Source: Balanoglossus misakiensis (taxonomy: Eukaryota; Animalia; Hemichordata). Taken from it: DNA of 64,000 nucleotides. A program made the translations under genes and the position numbers. Of this stretch, positions 46,301-61,300 are shown one piece after another. The number at the start of each line of letters is the position of its first letter. Within the stretch, counting starts at the first letter, position 1. The stretch is taken from contig CM082581.2 in assembly GCA_040954595.2 (NCBI GenBank), forward strand, positions 1,604,699 through 1,668,698. The letters run 5' to 3'. Below the pieces are notes generated by a model. It searched no databases. It was given only the letters and a program-made list of their open reading frames with translations, and was not told where the DNA came from.

Positions 46301-49300
46301 CAAAAATCGACGAAATTTTGAGATTTTGCAAAGTCGAAAATTTGTCATTTTTTGATTATTTTCACCCATGATTTTTTTCAAAAATCGACGAAATTTTGAG
46401 ATTTTGCAAAGTCGAAAATTTGTCATTTTTTGATTATTTTCACCCATGATTTTTTATTCAAAAATGGACGAAATTTTGAGCTTTTGCAAAGTCGAAAATT
46501 TGTCATTTTTTGATGATTTTCACCTATGATTTTTTTCAAAAATCGACGAAATTTTGAGATTTTGCAAAGTCGAAAATATGTCATTTTTTGATGATTTTCA
46601 CCCATGATTTTTTTTCAAAAATGGACGAAATTTTGAGCTTTTGCAAAGTCGAAAATTTGTCATTTTTTGATGATTTTCACCTATGATTTTTTTCAAAAAT
46701 CGACGAATTGTTGAGATTTTGCAAAGTCAAAAATTTGTCATTTTTTGATTATTTTCACCCATGATTTTTTTCAAAAATCGACGAAATTTTGAAATTTTGC
46801 AAAGTCGAAAATTTGTCATTTTTTGATGATTTTCATCCATGATTTTTTTTTTAAAATTGACGAAATTTTGAGATTTTGCAAAGTCGAAAATTTGTCATTT
46901 TTTGATGATTTTCACCCATGATTTTTTTTCAAAAATGGACGAAATTTTGAGCTTTTGCAAAGTCGAAAATTTGTCATTTTTTGATGATTTTCCCCCATGA
47001 TTTTTTTCAAAAATCGACGAAATGTTGAGATTTTGCAGTCGAAAATTTTTCATTTTTTGATGATTTTCACCCATGTTTTTTTTCAAAAATCGACGAAATT
47101 TTGAGATTTTGCAGTCAAAAATTTGTCATTTTTTGATGATTTTCACCCATATTATTTTTCAAAAACCGACGAAATTTTGAGATTTTGCAAAGACGAAAAT
47201 TTGTCATTTTTTTGATGATTTTCACCCATGATTTTTTCAAAAATTGACGAAATTTTGATATTTTGCAAAGTCGAAAATTTGCCATTTTTTGATGATTTTC
47301 ACCCATGATTTTTTTCAAAAATCGACGAAATGTTGAGATTTTGCAAAGTCGAAAATTTGTCATTTTTTGATGATTTTCACCCATGATTTTTTTTAAAAAA
47401 TCGACGAACCTATGATTTTTTTCAAAATCGACGAAATTTTGAGATTTTGCAAAGTTGAAAATTTTGTCATTTTTTGATGATTTTCACCCATGATTTTTTC
47501 AAAAAATGATGAAATTTTGAGATTTTGCAAAGTCGAAAATTTGTCATTTTTTGATGATTTTCACCCATGATTTTTTTTCAAAAATGGACGAAATTTTGAG
47601 CTTTTGCAAAGTCGAAAATTTGTCATTTTTTGATGATTTTCCCCCATGATTTTTTTCAAAAATCGACGAAATGTTGAGATTTTGCAGTCGAAAATTTTTC
47701 ATTTTTTGATGATTTTCACCCATGTTTTTTTTCAAAAATCGACGAAATTTTGATATTTTGCAAAGTCGAAAATTTGTCATTTTTTGATGATTTTCACCCA
47801 TGATTTTTTTCAAAAATCGACGAAATGTTGAGATTTTGCAAAGTCGAAAATTTGTCATTTTTTGATGATTTTCACCCATGATTTTTTTCAAAAATCGACG
47901 AAATTTTGAGATTTTGCAAAGTCGAAAATTTGTCATTTTTTGATGATTTTCACCAATGTTGTTTTTAAAAAATCGACGAACCCATGATTTTTTTCAAAAT
48001 CGACGAAATTTTGAGATTTTGCAAAGTCGAAAATTTGTCATTTTTTGATGATTTTCACCCATGATTTTTTTCAAAAATCGACGAAATTTTGAGATTTTGC
48101 AAAGTCGAAAATTTGTCATTTTTTGATGATTTTCACCCATGATTTTTTTTCACAAATCGACAACATTTTGAGATTTTGCGAAGTCGAAAATTTTTCATTT
48201 TTTGATGATTTTCACCCATGATTTTTTTCAAAAATCGACGAAATTTTGAGATTTTGCAAAGTCGAAAATTTGTCATTTTTTGATTATTTTCACCCATGAT
48301 TTTTTATTCAAAAATGGACGAAATTTTGAGCTTTTGCAAAGTCGAAAATTTGTCATTTTTTGATGATTTTCACCTATGATTTTTTTCAAAAATCGACGAA
48401 ATTTTGAGATTTTGCAAAGTCGAAAATATGTCATTTTTTGATGATTTTCACCCATGATTTTTTTTCAAAAATGGACGAAATTTTGAGCTTTTGCAAAGTC
48501 GAAAATTTGTCATTTTTTGATGATTTTCACCTATGATTTTTTTCAAAAATCGACGAATTGTTGAGATTTTGCAAAGTCGAAAATTTGTCATTTTTTGATT
48601 ATTTTCACCCATGATTTTTTTCAAAAATCGACGAAATTTTGAAATTTTGCAAAGTCGAACATTTGTCATTTTTTGATGATTTTCATCCATGATTTTTTTT
48701 TTAAAATTGACGAAATTTTGAGATTTTGCAAAGTCGAAAATTTGTAATTTTTTGATGATTTTCACCCATGATTTTTTTTCAAAAATGGACGAAATTTTGA
48801 GCTTTTGCAAAGTCGAAAATTTGTCATTTTTTGATGATTTTCCCCCATGATTTTTTTCAAAAATCGACGAAATTTTGAGATTTTGCAGTCAAAAATTTGT
48901 CATTTTTTGATGATTTTCACCCATATTATTTTTCAAAAACCGACGAAATTTTGAGATTTTGCAAAGACGAAAATTTGTCATTTTTTGATGATTTTCACCC
49001 ATGATTTTTTCAAAAATTGACGAAATTTTGATATTTTGCAAAGTCGAAAATTTGCCATTTTTTGATGATTTTCACCCATGATTTTTTTCAAAAATCGACG
49101 AAATGTTGAGATTTTGCAAAGTCGAAAATTTGTCATTTTTTGATGATTTTCACCCATGATTTTTTTCAAAAATCGACGAAATTTTGAGATTTTGCAAAGT
49201 CGAAAATTTGTCATTTTTTGATGATTTTCACCAATGTTGTTTTTAAAAAATCGACGAACCCATGATTTTTTTCAAAATCGACGAAATTTTGAGATTTTGC

Positions 49301-52300
49301 AAAGTCGAAAATTTGTCATTTTTTGATGATTTTCACCCATGATTTTTTTCAAAAATCGACGAAATTTTGAGATTTTGCAAAGTCGAAAATTTGTCATTTT
49401 TTGATGATTTTCATCCATGATTTTTTTTTTTAAATTGACGAAATTTTGAGATTTTGCAAAGTCGAAAATTTGTCATTTTTTGATGATTTTCCTCCATGAT
49501 TTTTTTTCAAAAATCGACGAAATTTTGAGAATTTGCAAAGTCGAAAATTTGTCATTTTTTGATGATTTTCCCCCATGATTTTTTTCAAAAATCGACGAAA
49601 TGTTGAGATTTTGCAGTCGAAAATTTGTCATTTTTTGATGATTTTCCCCCACGTTTTTTTTCAAAAATCGACGAAATTTTGAGATTTTGCAGTCAAAAAT
49701 TTGTCATTTTTTGATGATTTTCACCCATATTATTTTTCAAAAACCGACGAAATTTTGAGATTTTGCAAAGACGAAAATTTGTCATTTTTTGATGATTTTC
49801 ACCCATGATTTTTTCAAAAATTGACGAAATTTTGATATTTTGCAAAGTCGAAAATTTGTCATTTTTTGATGATTTTCATCCATGATTTTTTTTATAATAT
49901 CGACGAAATTTTGAGATTTTGCAAAGTCGAACATTTGTCATTTTTTGATGATTTTCACCTATGATTTTTTTCAAAAAAAGACAAAATTTTGAGATTTTGC
50001 GAAGTCGAAAATTTTTCATTTTTTGATGATTTTCACCCATGATTTTTTTCAAAAATCGACGAAATTTTGAGATTTTGCAAAGTCGAACATTTGTCATTTT
50101 TTGATGATTTTCACCCATGATTTTTTTCAAAAATCGACGAAATTTTGATTTTTTGCAAAGTCGAAAATTTGTCATTTTTTGATTATTTTCACCTATGATT
50201 TTTTTCAAAAATCGACAAAATTTTGAGATTTTGCAAAGTCGAAAATTTGTCATTTTTTGATGATTTTCACCCATGATTTTTTTCAAAAATCGACGAAATT
50301 TTGAGATTTTGCAAAGTCGAAAATTTGTCATTTTTTGATGATTTTCCCCCATGATTTTTTTCAAAAATCGACGAAATTTTGAGATTTTGCAAAGTCGAAA
50401 ATTTGTCATTTTTTGATGATTTTCACCTATGATTTTTTTCAAAAATCGACGAAATTTTGAGATTTTGCAAAGTCGAAAATTTATCATTTTTTGATGATTT
50501 TCACCCATGATTTTTTTTCAAAAATGGACGAAATTTTGAGATTTTGCAAAGTCGAAAATTTGTCATTTTTTGATGATTTTCACCTATGATTTTTTCAAAA
50601 ATGGACGAAATTTTGAGATTTTGCAAAGTCGAAAATTTGTCATTTTTTGATTATTTTCACCTATGATTTTTTTCAAAAATCGACAAAATTTTGAGATTTT
50701 GCAAAGTCGAAAATTTGTCATTTTTTGATGATTTTCACCCATGATTTTTTTCAAAAATCGACGAAATTTTGAGATTTTGCAAAGTCGAAAATTTGTAATT
50801 TTTTGATGATTTTCCCCCATGATTTTTTTCAAAAATCGACGAAATTTTGAGATTTTGCAAAGTCGAAAATTTGTCATTTTTTGATGATTTTCACCCATGT
50901 TTTTTTTAAAAAAATCGACGAACCTATGATTTTTTTCAAAATCGACGAAATTGTGTGATTTTGCAAACTCGAAAATTTTGTCATTTTTTGATGATTTTCA
51001 ACCATGATTTTTTTTCAAAAATCGACGAAATTTTGAGATTTTGCAAAGTCGAAAATTTCTCATTTTTTGATGATTTTCACCCATGATTTTTTTTAAAAAA
51101 TCGACGAACCTATGATTTTTTTCAAAATCGACGAAATTTTGAGATTTTGCAAAGTTGAAAATTTTGTCATTTTTTGATGATTTTCACCCATGATTTTTTC
51201 AAAAATTGATGAAATTTTGAGATTTTGCAAAGTCGAAAATTTGTCATTTTTTGATGATTTTCACCCATGATTTTTTTTCAAAAATGGACGAAATTTTGAG
51301 CTTATGCAAAGTCGAAAATTTGTCATTTTTTGATGATTTTCCCCCATGATTTTTTTCAAAAATCGACGAAATGTTGAGATTTTGCAGTCGAAAATTTTTC
51401 ATTTTTTGATGATTTTCACCCATGTTTTTTTTCAAAAATCGACGAAATTTTGAGATTTTGCAGTCAAAAATTTGTCATTTTTTGATGATTTTCACCCATA
51501 TTATTTTTCAAAAACCGACGAAATTTTGAGATTTTGCAAAGACGAAAATTTGTCATTTTTTGATGATTTTTACCCATGATTTTTTCAAAAATTGACGAAA
51601 TTTTGATATTTTGCAAAGTCGAAAATTTGTCATTTTTTGATGATTTTCACCCATGATTTTTTTCAAAAATCGACGAAATGTTGAGATTTTGCAAACTCGA
51701 AAATTTGTCATTTTTTGATGATTTTCACCCATGATTTTTTTCAAAAATCGACGAAATTTTGAGATTTTGCAAACTCGAAAATTTGTCATTTTTTGATGAT
51801 TTTCACCAATGTTGTTTTTAAAAAATCGACGAACCCATGATTTTTTTCAAAATCGACGAAATTTTGAGATTTTGCAAAGTCGAAAATTTGTCATTTTTTG
51901 ATGATTTTCACCCATGATTTTTTTCAAAAATCGACGAAACTTTGAGATTTTGCAAAGTCGAAAATTTGTCATTTTTTGATGATTTTCACCCATGATTTTT
52001 TTTAAAAAATCGACGAACCTATGATTTTTTTCATAATCGACGAAATTTTGAGATTTTGCAAAGTTGAAAATTTTGTCATTTTTTGATGATTTTCACCCAT
52101 GATTTTTTCAAAAATTGATGAAATTTTGAGATTTTGCAAAGTCGAAAATTTGTCATTTTTTGATGATTTTCACCCATGATTTTTTTTCAAAAATGGACGA
52201 AATTTTGAGCTTTTGCAAAGTCGAAAATTTGTCATTTTTTGATGATTTTCCCCCATGATTTTTTTCAAAAATCGACGAAATGTTGAGATTTTGCAGTCGA

Positions 52301-55300
52301 AAATTTTTCATTTTTTGATGATTTTCACCTATGTTTTTTTTCAAAAATCGACGAAATTTTGAGATTTTGCAGTCAAAAATTTGTCATTTTTTGATGATTT
52401 TCACCCATATTATTTTTCAAAAACCGACGAAATTTTGAGATTTTGCAAAGACGAAAATTTGTCATTTTTTGATGATTTTCACCCATGATTTTTTCAAAAA
52501 TTGACGAAATTTTGATATTTTGCAAAGTCGAAAATTTGTCATTTTTTGATGATTTTCACCCATGATTTTTTTCAAAAATCGACGAAATGTTGAGATTTTG
52601 CAAAGTCGAAAATTTGTCATTTTTTGATGATTTTCACCCATGATTTTTTTCAAAAATCGACGAAATTTTGAGATTTTGCAAAGTCGAAAATTTGTCATTT
52701 TTTGATGATTTTCACCCATGATTTTTTTTCACAAATCGACAACATTTTGAGATTTTGCGAAGTCGAAAATTTGTCATTTTTTGATGATTTTCACCCATGA
52801 TTTTTTTTCACAAATCGACAACATTTTGAGATTTTGCGAAGTCGAAAATTTTTCATTTTTTGATGATTTTCACCCATGATTTTTTTCAAAAATCGACGAA
52901 ATTTTGAGATTTTGCAAAGTCGAAAATTTGTCATTTTTTGATTATTTTCACCCATGATTTTTTTTCAAAAATGGACGAAATTTTGAGATTTTGCAAACTC
53001 GAAAATTTGTCATTTTTTGATGATTTTCACCCATGATTTTTTTCAAAAATCGACGAAATTTTGAGATTTTGCAAAGTCGAAAATTTGTCATTTTTTGATG
53101 ATTTTCACCAATGTTGTTTTTAAAAAATCGACGAACCCATGATTTTTTTCAAAATCGACGAAATTTTGAGATTTTGCAAAGTCGAAAATTTGTCATTTTT
53201 TGATGATTTTCACCCATGATTTTTTTCAAAAATCGACGAAACTTTGAGATTTTGCAAAGTCGAAAATTTGTCATTTTTTGATGATTTTCACCCATGATTT
53301 TTTTTAAAAAATCGACGAACCTATGATTTTTTTCATAATCGACGAAATTTTGAGATTTTGCAAAGTTGAAAATTTTGTCATTTTTTGATGATTTTCACCC
53401 ATGATTTTTTCAAAAATTGATGAAATTTTGAGATTTTGCAAAGTCGAAAATTTGTCATTTTTTGATGATTTTCACCCATGATTTTTTTTCAAAAATGGAC
53501 GAAATTTTGAGCTTTTGCAAAGTCGAAAATTTGTCATTTTTTGATGATTTTCCCCCATGATTTTTTTCAAAAATCGACGAAATGTTGAGATTTTGCAGTC
53601 AAAAATTTGTCATTTTTTGATGATTTTCACCCATATTATTTTTCAAAAACCGACGAAATTTTGAGATTTTGCAAAGACGAAAATTTGTCATTTTTTGATG
53701 ATTTTCACCCATGATTTTTTTTCAAAAATGGACGAAATTTTGAGCTTTTGCAAAGTCGAAAATTTGTCATTTTTTGATGATTTTCACCCATGTTTTTTTT
53801 TAAAAAATCGACGAACCTATGATTTTTTTCAAAATCGACGAAATTTTGAGATTTTGCAAAGTTGAAAATTTTGTCATTTTTTGATGATTTTCACCCATGA
53901 TTTTTTCAAAAATTGATGAAATTTTGAGATTTTGCAAAGTCGAAAATTTGTCATTTTTTGATGATTTTCACCCATGATTTTTTTTCAAAAATGGACGAAA
54001 TTTTGAGCTTTTGCAAAGTCGAAAATTTGTCATTTTTTGATGATTTTCCCCCATGATTTTTTTCAAAAATCGACGAAATGTTGAGATTTTGCAGTCAAAA
54101 ATTTGTCATTTTTTGATGATTTTCACCCATATTATTTTTCAAAAACCGACGAAATTTTGAGATTTTGCAAAGACGAAAATTTGTCATTTTTTGATGATTT
54201 TCACCCATGATTTTTTTTCAAAAATGGACGAAATTTTGAGCTTTTGCAAAGTCGAAAATTTGTCATTTTTTGATGATTTTCACCCATGTTTTTTTTTAAA
54301 AAATCGACGAACCTATGATTTTTTTCAAAATCGACGAAATTTTGAGATTTTGCAAAGTTGAAAATTTTGTCATTTTTTGATGATTTTCACCCATGATTTT
54401 TTCAAAAATTGATGAAATTTTGAGATTTTGCAAAGTCGAAAATTTGTCATTTTTTGATGATTTTCCCCCATGATTTTTTTCAAAAATCGACGAAATGTTG
54501 AGATTTTGCAGTCGAAAATTTTTCATTTTTTGATGATTTTCACCCATGTTTTTTTTCAAAAATCGACGAAATTTTGAGATTTTGCAGTCAAAAATTTGTC
54601 ATTTTTTGATGATTTTCACCCATATTATTTTTCAAAAACCGACGAAATTTTGAGATTTTGCAAAGACGAAAATTTGTCATTTTTTGATGATTTTCACCCA
54701 TGATTTTTTCAAAAATTGACGAAATTTTGATATTTTGCAAAGTCGAAAATTTGTCATTTTTTGATGATTTTCACCCATGATTTTTTTCAAAAATCGACGA
54801 AATGTTGAGATTTTGCAAACTCGAAAATTTGTCATTTTTTGATGATTTTCACCCATGATTTTTTTCAAAAATCGACGAAATTTTGAGATTTTGCAAAGTC
54901 GAAAATTTGTCATTTTTTGATGATTTTCACCAATGTTGTTTTTAAAAAATCGACGAACCCATGATTTTTTTCAAAATCGACGAAATTTTGAGATTTTGCA
55001 AAGTCGAAAATTTGTCATTTTTTGATGATTTTCACCCATGATTTTTTTCAAAAATCGACGAAACTTTGAGATTTTGCAAAGTCGAAAATTTGTCATTTTT
55101 TGATGATTTTCACCCATGATTTTTTTTAAAAAATCGACGAACCTATGATTTTTTTCATAATCGACGAAATTTTGAGATTTTGCAAAGTTGAAAATTTTGT
55201 CATTTTTTGATGATTTTCACCCATGATTTTTTCAAAAATTGATGAAATTTTGAGATTTTGCAAAGTCGAAAATTTGTCATTTTTTGATGATTTTCACCCA

Positions 55301-58300
55301 TGATTTTTTTTCAAAAATGGACGAAATTTTGAGCTTTTGCAAAGTCGAAAATTTGTCATTTTTTGATGATTTTCCCCCATGATTTTTTTCAAAAATCGAC
55401 GAAATGTTGAGATTTTGCAGTCGAAAATTTTTCATTTTTTGATGATTTTCACCTATGTTTTTTTTCAAAAATCGACGAAATTTTGAGATTTTGCAGTCAA
55501 AAATTTGTCATTTTTTGATGATTTTCACCCATATTATTTTTCAAAAACCGACGAAATTTTGAGATTTTGCAAAGACGAAAATTTGTCATTTTTTGATGAT
55601 TTTCACCCATGATTTTTTCAAAAATTGACGAAATTTTGATATTTTGCAAAGTCGAAAATTTGTCATTTTTTGATGATTTTCACCCATGATTTTTTTCAAA
55701 AATCGACGAAATGTTGAGATTTTGCAAAGTCGAAAATTTGTCATTTTTTGATGATTTTCACCCATGATTTTTTTCAAAAATCGACGAAATTTTGAGATTT
55801 TGCAAAGTCGAAAATTTGTCATTTTTTGATGATTTTCACCAATGTTGTTTTTAAAAAATCGACGAACCCATGATTTTTTTCAAAATCGACGAAATTTTGA
55901 GATTTTGCAAAGTCGAAAATTTGTCATTTTTTGATGATTTTCACCCATGATTTTTTTCAAAAATCGACGAAATTTTGAGATTTTGCAAAGTCGAAAATTT
56001 GTGATTTTTTGATGATTTTCACCCATGATTTTTTTTCACAAATCGACAACATTTTGAGATTTTGCGAAGTCGAAAATTTTTCATTTTTTGATGATTTTCA
56101 CCCATGATTTTTTTCAAAAATCGACGAAATTTTGAGATTTTGCAAAGTCGAAAATTTGTCATTTTTTGATTATTTTCACCCATGATTTTTTTTCAAAAAT
56201 GGACGAAATTTTGAGCTTTTGCAAAGTCGAAAATTTGTCATTTTTTGATGATTTTCACCTATGATTTTTTTCAAAAATCGACGAAATTTTGAGATTTTGC
56301 AAAGTCGAAAATATGTCATTTTTTGATGATTTTCACCCATGATTTTTTTTCAAAAATGGACGAAATTTTGAGCTTTTGCAAACTCGAAAATTTGTCATTT
56401 TTTGATGATTTTCACCCATGATTTTTTTCAAAAATCGACGAAATTTTGAGATTTTGCAAAGTCGAAAATTTGTCATTTTTTGATGATTTTCACCAATGTT
56501 GTTTTTAAAAAATCGACGAACCCATGATTTTTTTCAAAATCGACGAAATTTTGAGATTTTGCAAAGTCGAAAATTTGTCATTTTTTGATGATTTTCACCC
56601 ATGATTTTTTTCAAAAATCGACGAAACTTTGAGATTTTGCAAAGTCGAAAATTTGTCATTTTTTGATGATTTTCACCCATGATTTTTTTTAAAAAATCGA
56701 CGAACCTATGATTTTTTTCATAATCGACGAAATTTTGAGATTTTGCAAAGTTGAAAATTTTGTCATTTTTTGATGATTTTCACCCATGATTTTTTCAAAA
56801 ATTGATGAAATTTTGAGATTTTGCAAAGTCGAAAATTTGTCATTTTTTAATGATTTTCACCCATGATTTTTTTTCAAAAATGGACGAAATTTTGAGCTTT
56901 TGCAAAGTCGAAAATTTGTCATTTTTTGATGATTTTCCCCCATGATTTTTTTCAAAAATCGACGAAATGTTGAGATTTTGCAGTCGAAAATTTTTCATTT
57001 TTTGATGATTTTCACCTATGTTTTTTTTCAAAAATCGACGAAATTTTGAGATTTTGCAGTCAAAAATTTGTCATTTTTTGATGATTTTCACCCATATTAT
57101 TTTTCAAAAACCGACGAAATTTTGAGATTTTGCAAAGACGAAAATTTGTCATTTTTTGATGATTTTCACCCATGATTTTTTGAAAAATTGACGAAATTTT
57201 GATATTTTGCAAAGTCGAAAATTTGTCATTTTTTGATGATTTTCACCCATGATTTTTTTCAAAAATCGACGAAATGTTGAGATTTTGCAAAGTCGAAAAT
57301 TTGTCATTTTTTGATGATTTTCACCCATGATTTTTTTCAAAAATCGACGAAATTTTGAGATTTTGCAAAGTCGAAAATTTGTCATTTTTTGATGATTTTC
57401 ACCAATGTTGTTTTTAAAAAATCGACGAACCCATGATTTTTTTCAAAATCGACGAAATTTTGAGATTTTGCAAAGTCGAAAATTTTGTCATTTTTTGATG
57501 ATTTTCACCCATGATTTTTTTTCAAAAATCGACGAAATTTTGAGATTTTGCATAATCGAAAATGTGTCATTTTTTGATGATTTTCACCCATGATTATTTT
57601 ATCAAAAATCGACGATATTTTGCGATTTTGCAAAGTCGAAAATTTGTCATTTTTTGATGATTTTCACCCGTTTTTTTCAAAATTTGTCATTTTTTGATGA
57701 TTTTCACCCATGATTTTTTTTCAAAAATCGACGAAATTTTGAGATTTTGCAAAGTCGAAAATTTGTCATTTTTTGATGATTTTCAACCGTTTTTTTTAAA
57801 ATTTGTCATATTTTGATGATTTTCACCCATGATTTTTTTTCAAAAATCGACGAAATTTTGAGATTTTGCAAAGTCGAAAATTTGTCATATTTTGATGATT
57901 TTCACCAATGTTTTTTTTTTAAAAATCGACGAACCCATGATTTTTTTCAAAATCGACGAAATTTTGAGATTTTGCATAATCGAGAATGTGTCATTTTTTG
58001 ATGATTTTCACCTATGATTTTTTCAAAAATCGACGAAATTTTGAGATTTTGCAAAGTCGAAAATTTGTCATTTTTTGATGATTTTCACCCATGATTTTTT
58101 TTCAAAAATCGACGAAATTTTGAGATTTTGCAAAGTCGAAAATTTGTCATTTTTTGATGATTTTCACCCGTTTTTTTTTTCAAAATTTGTCATTTTTTGA
58201 TGATTTTCACCCATGATTTTTTTTCAGAAATCGACGAAATTTTGAGATTTTGCAAAGTCGAAAATTTGTCATTTTTTGATGATTTTCACCAATGTTGTTT

Positions 58301-61300
58301 TTAAAAAATCGACGAACCCATGATTTTTTTCAAAATCGACGAAATTTTGAGATTTTGCAAAGTCGAAAATTTGTCATTTTTTGATGATTTTCACCCATGA
58401 TTTTTTTCAAAAATCGACGAAATGTTGAGATTTTGCAAAGTCGAAAATTTGTCATTTTTTGATGATTTTCTCCCATGATTTTCTTCAAAAATCGACGAAA
58501 TGTTGAGATTTTGCAAAGTCGAAAATTTGTAATTTTTTGATGATTTTCAACCATGATTTTTTTTCAAAAATCGACGAAATTTTCAGATTTTGCAAAGACG
58601 AAAATTTGTCATTTTTGATGATTTTTACCCATGATTTTTTTTCAAAAATGGACGAAATTTTGAGATTTTGCAAAGTCGAAAATTTGTCATTTTTTGATGA
58701 TTTTCACCCATGATTTTTTTCAAAAATCGACGAAATGTTGAGATTTTGCAAAGTCGAAAATTTGTCATTTTTTGATGATTTTCACCCATGTTTTTTTTTT
58801 TAAATCGACGAACCTATGATTTTTTTTCAAAATCGACGAAATTGTGTGATTTTGCAAAGTCGAAAATTTGTCATTTTTTGATGATTTTTACCCATGATTT
58901 TTTTTCAAAAATGGACGAAATTGTGAGATTTTGCAAAGTCGAAAATTTGTCATTTTTTGATGATTTTTACCCATGATTTTTTTTCAAAAATGGACGAAAT
59001 TGTGAGATTTTGCAAAGTCGAAAATTTGTCATTTTTTGATGATTTTCACCCATGATTTTTTTCAAAAATCGACGAAATGTTGAGATTTTGCAAAGTCGAA
59101 AATTTGTCATTTTTTGATGATTTTCACCCATGTTTTTTTTTTTAAATCGACGAACCTATGATTTTTTTTCAAAATCGACGAAATTGTGTGATTTTGCAAA
59201 GTCGAAAATGTTGTCATTTTTTGATGATTTTCAACCATGATTTTTTTTCAAAAATCGACGAAATTGTGAGATTTTGCAAAGTCGAAAATTTGTCATTTTT
59301 TGATGATTTTCACCCATGTTTTTTTTTTAAAAAAATCGACGAACCTATGATTTTTTTCAAAATCGACGAAATTTTGTGATTTTGCAAAGTCGAAAATTTT
59401 GTCATTTTTTGATGATTTTCACCCATGATTTTTTTTCAAAAATCGACGAAATTTTGAGATTTTGCAAAGTCGAAAATGTGTCATTTTTTGATGATTTTCA
59501 CCCGTTTTTTTTCAAAATTTGTCATTTTTTGATGATTTTCACCCATGATTTTTTTTCAAAAATCGACGAAATTTTGAGATTTTGCAAAGTCGAACATGTG
59601 TCATTTTTTGATGATTTTCACCCATGATTTTTTCTAAAATTGACGAAATTTTGAGATTTTGCAAAGTCGAAAATTTGTCATTTTTTGATGATTTTCACCC
59701 ATGATTTTTTTCAAAAATCGACGAAATGTTGAGATTTTGCAAAGTCGAAAATTTGTCATTTTTTGATGATTTTCACCCATGTTTTTTTTTTTTAAATCGA
59801 CGAACCTATGATTTTTTTTCAAAATCGACGAAATTGTGTGATTATGCAAAGTCGAAAATGTTGTCATTTTTGATGATTTTCACCCATGATTTTTTTTCAA
59901 AAATCGACGAAATTTTGAGATTTTGCAAAGTCGAAAATGTGTCATTTTTTGATGATTTTCACCCATGATTTTTTCTAAAATTGACGAAATTTTGAGATTT
60001 TGCAAAGTCGAAAATTTGTCATTTTTTGATGATTTTCACCCATGATTTTTTTCAAAAATCGACGAAATGTTGAGATTTTGCAAAGTCGAAAATTTGTCAT
60101 TTTTTGATGATTTTCACCCATGTTTTTTTTTTTTAAATCGACGAACCTATGATTTTTTTTTCAAAATCGACGAAATTGTGTGATTTTGCAAAGTCGAAAA
60201 TGTTGTCATTTTTTGATGATTTTCAACCATGATTTTTTTTCAAAAATCGACGAAATTGTGAGATTTTGTAAAGTCGAAAATTTGTCATTTTTTGATGATT
60301 TTCACCCATGATTTTTTTCAAAAATCGACGAAATGTTGAGATTTTGCAAAGTCGAAAATTTGTCATTTTTTGATGATTTTCACCCATGTTTTTTTTAAAA
60401 AAATCGACGAACCTATGATTTTTTTCAAAATCGACGAAATTTTGTGATTTTTAGGTCCCATTGGTATAGGCCTATATACCATGGGACCTTATGGGATGGG
60501 TTGCGTCTGTATGTATGTATGGATGGATGGATGGATGGATGGATGGATGGATGTATGTATGGATGTATGTCTGTATGTCCGTCCACATCAAAAACTTGAA
60601 AACCGCTGCGCGTATCACCTCAATATTTGGTGTGTAGGTGCAGGTAGGGCTGTAGATGGGAGTTTGTCCAAACGAAGTTGCCAGGCCCAAAAATATGCAA
60701 ATTAGCTTGTAAAATGTGAAATTTATCAAAACTCTGTAAGTCAACAATTACTGGTCAGATTGCTTTGAAAATTGGTATGCATGTACCTTATGTCAACCTC
60801 ACACCGACCTGTAAGTGTTAAGTTGATATCATGGATGTTTTATTTTTTATGAATTTTTTAGTCTTTTTATTAAATTTATACCTTTACTTATACCTCTGTG
60901 GTTAAGCTATGTCCACGTCTTATTGTGGAATTCTGGTATGTGCAATAGTCCTGTACAGTGACTGTCTATTGGTCAGTGAGCACAATGGGGCCAAAATAAA
61001 AGGCAAATTTTTGGGCTCACCTGTGACACCTGCTTAACACATTAATTATGTGCATACCTAATTCCGAGCTAACTAATAGGGCTAGAGGTTTCGTTCTTGT
61101 GGGACATGGACCAGTATAGGGTCAAAATTTCTTGCCAAAATTTTGGGTGACCTCAGGTGACCTTTGACCTACTTTCCTATATCTCGGCATCCAGAGCAGG
61201 TACAGACTTGGCGTTTGGAGGGTTGGGACTAAAATTGAAAAGCCAAAATATGGGTCACCTGTGACACCTGCATATCTCATTAATTATGTGCATACCTCAT

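Noticed and set aside
60472-60747. ORFs with IHPS/WMDG repeats
   Set aside because: Translations of the HINE GGAT/GTAT microsatellite.
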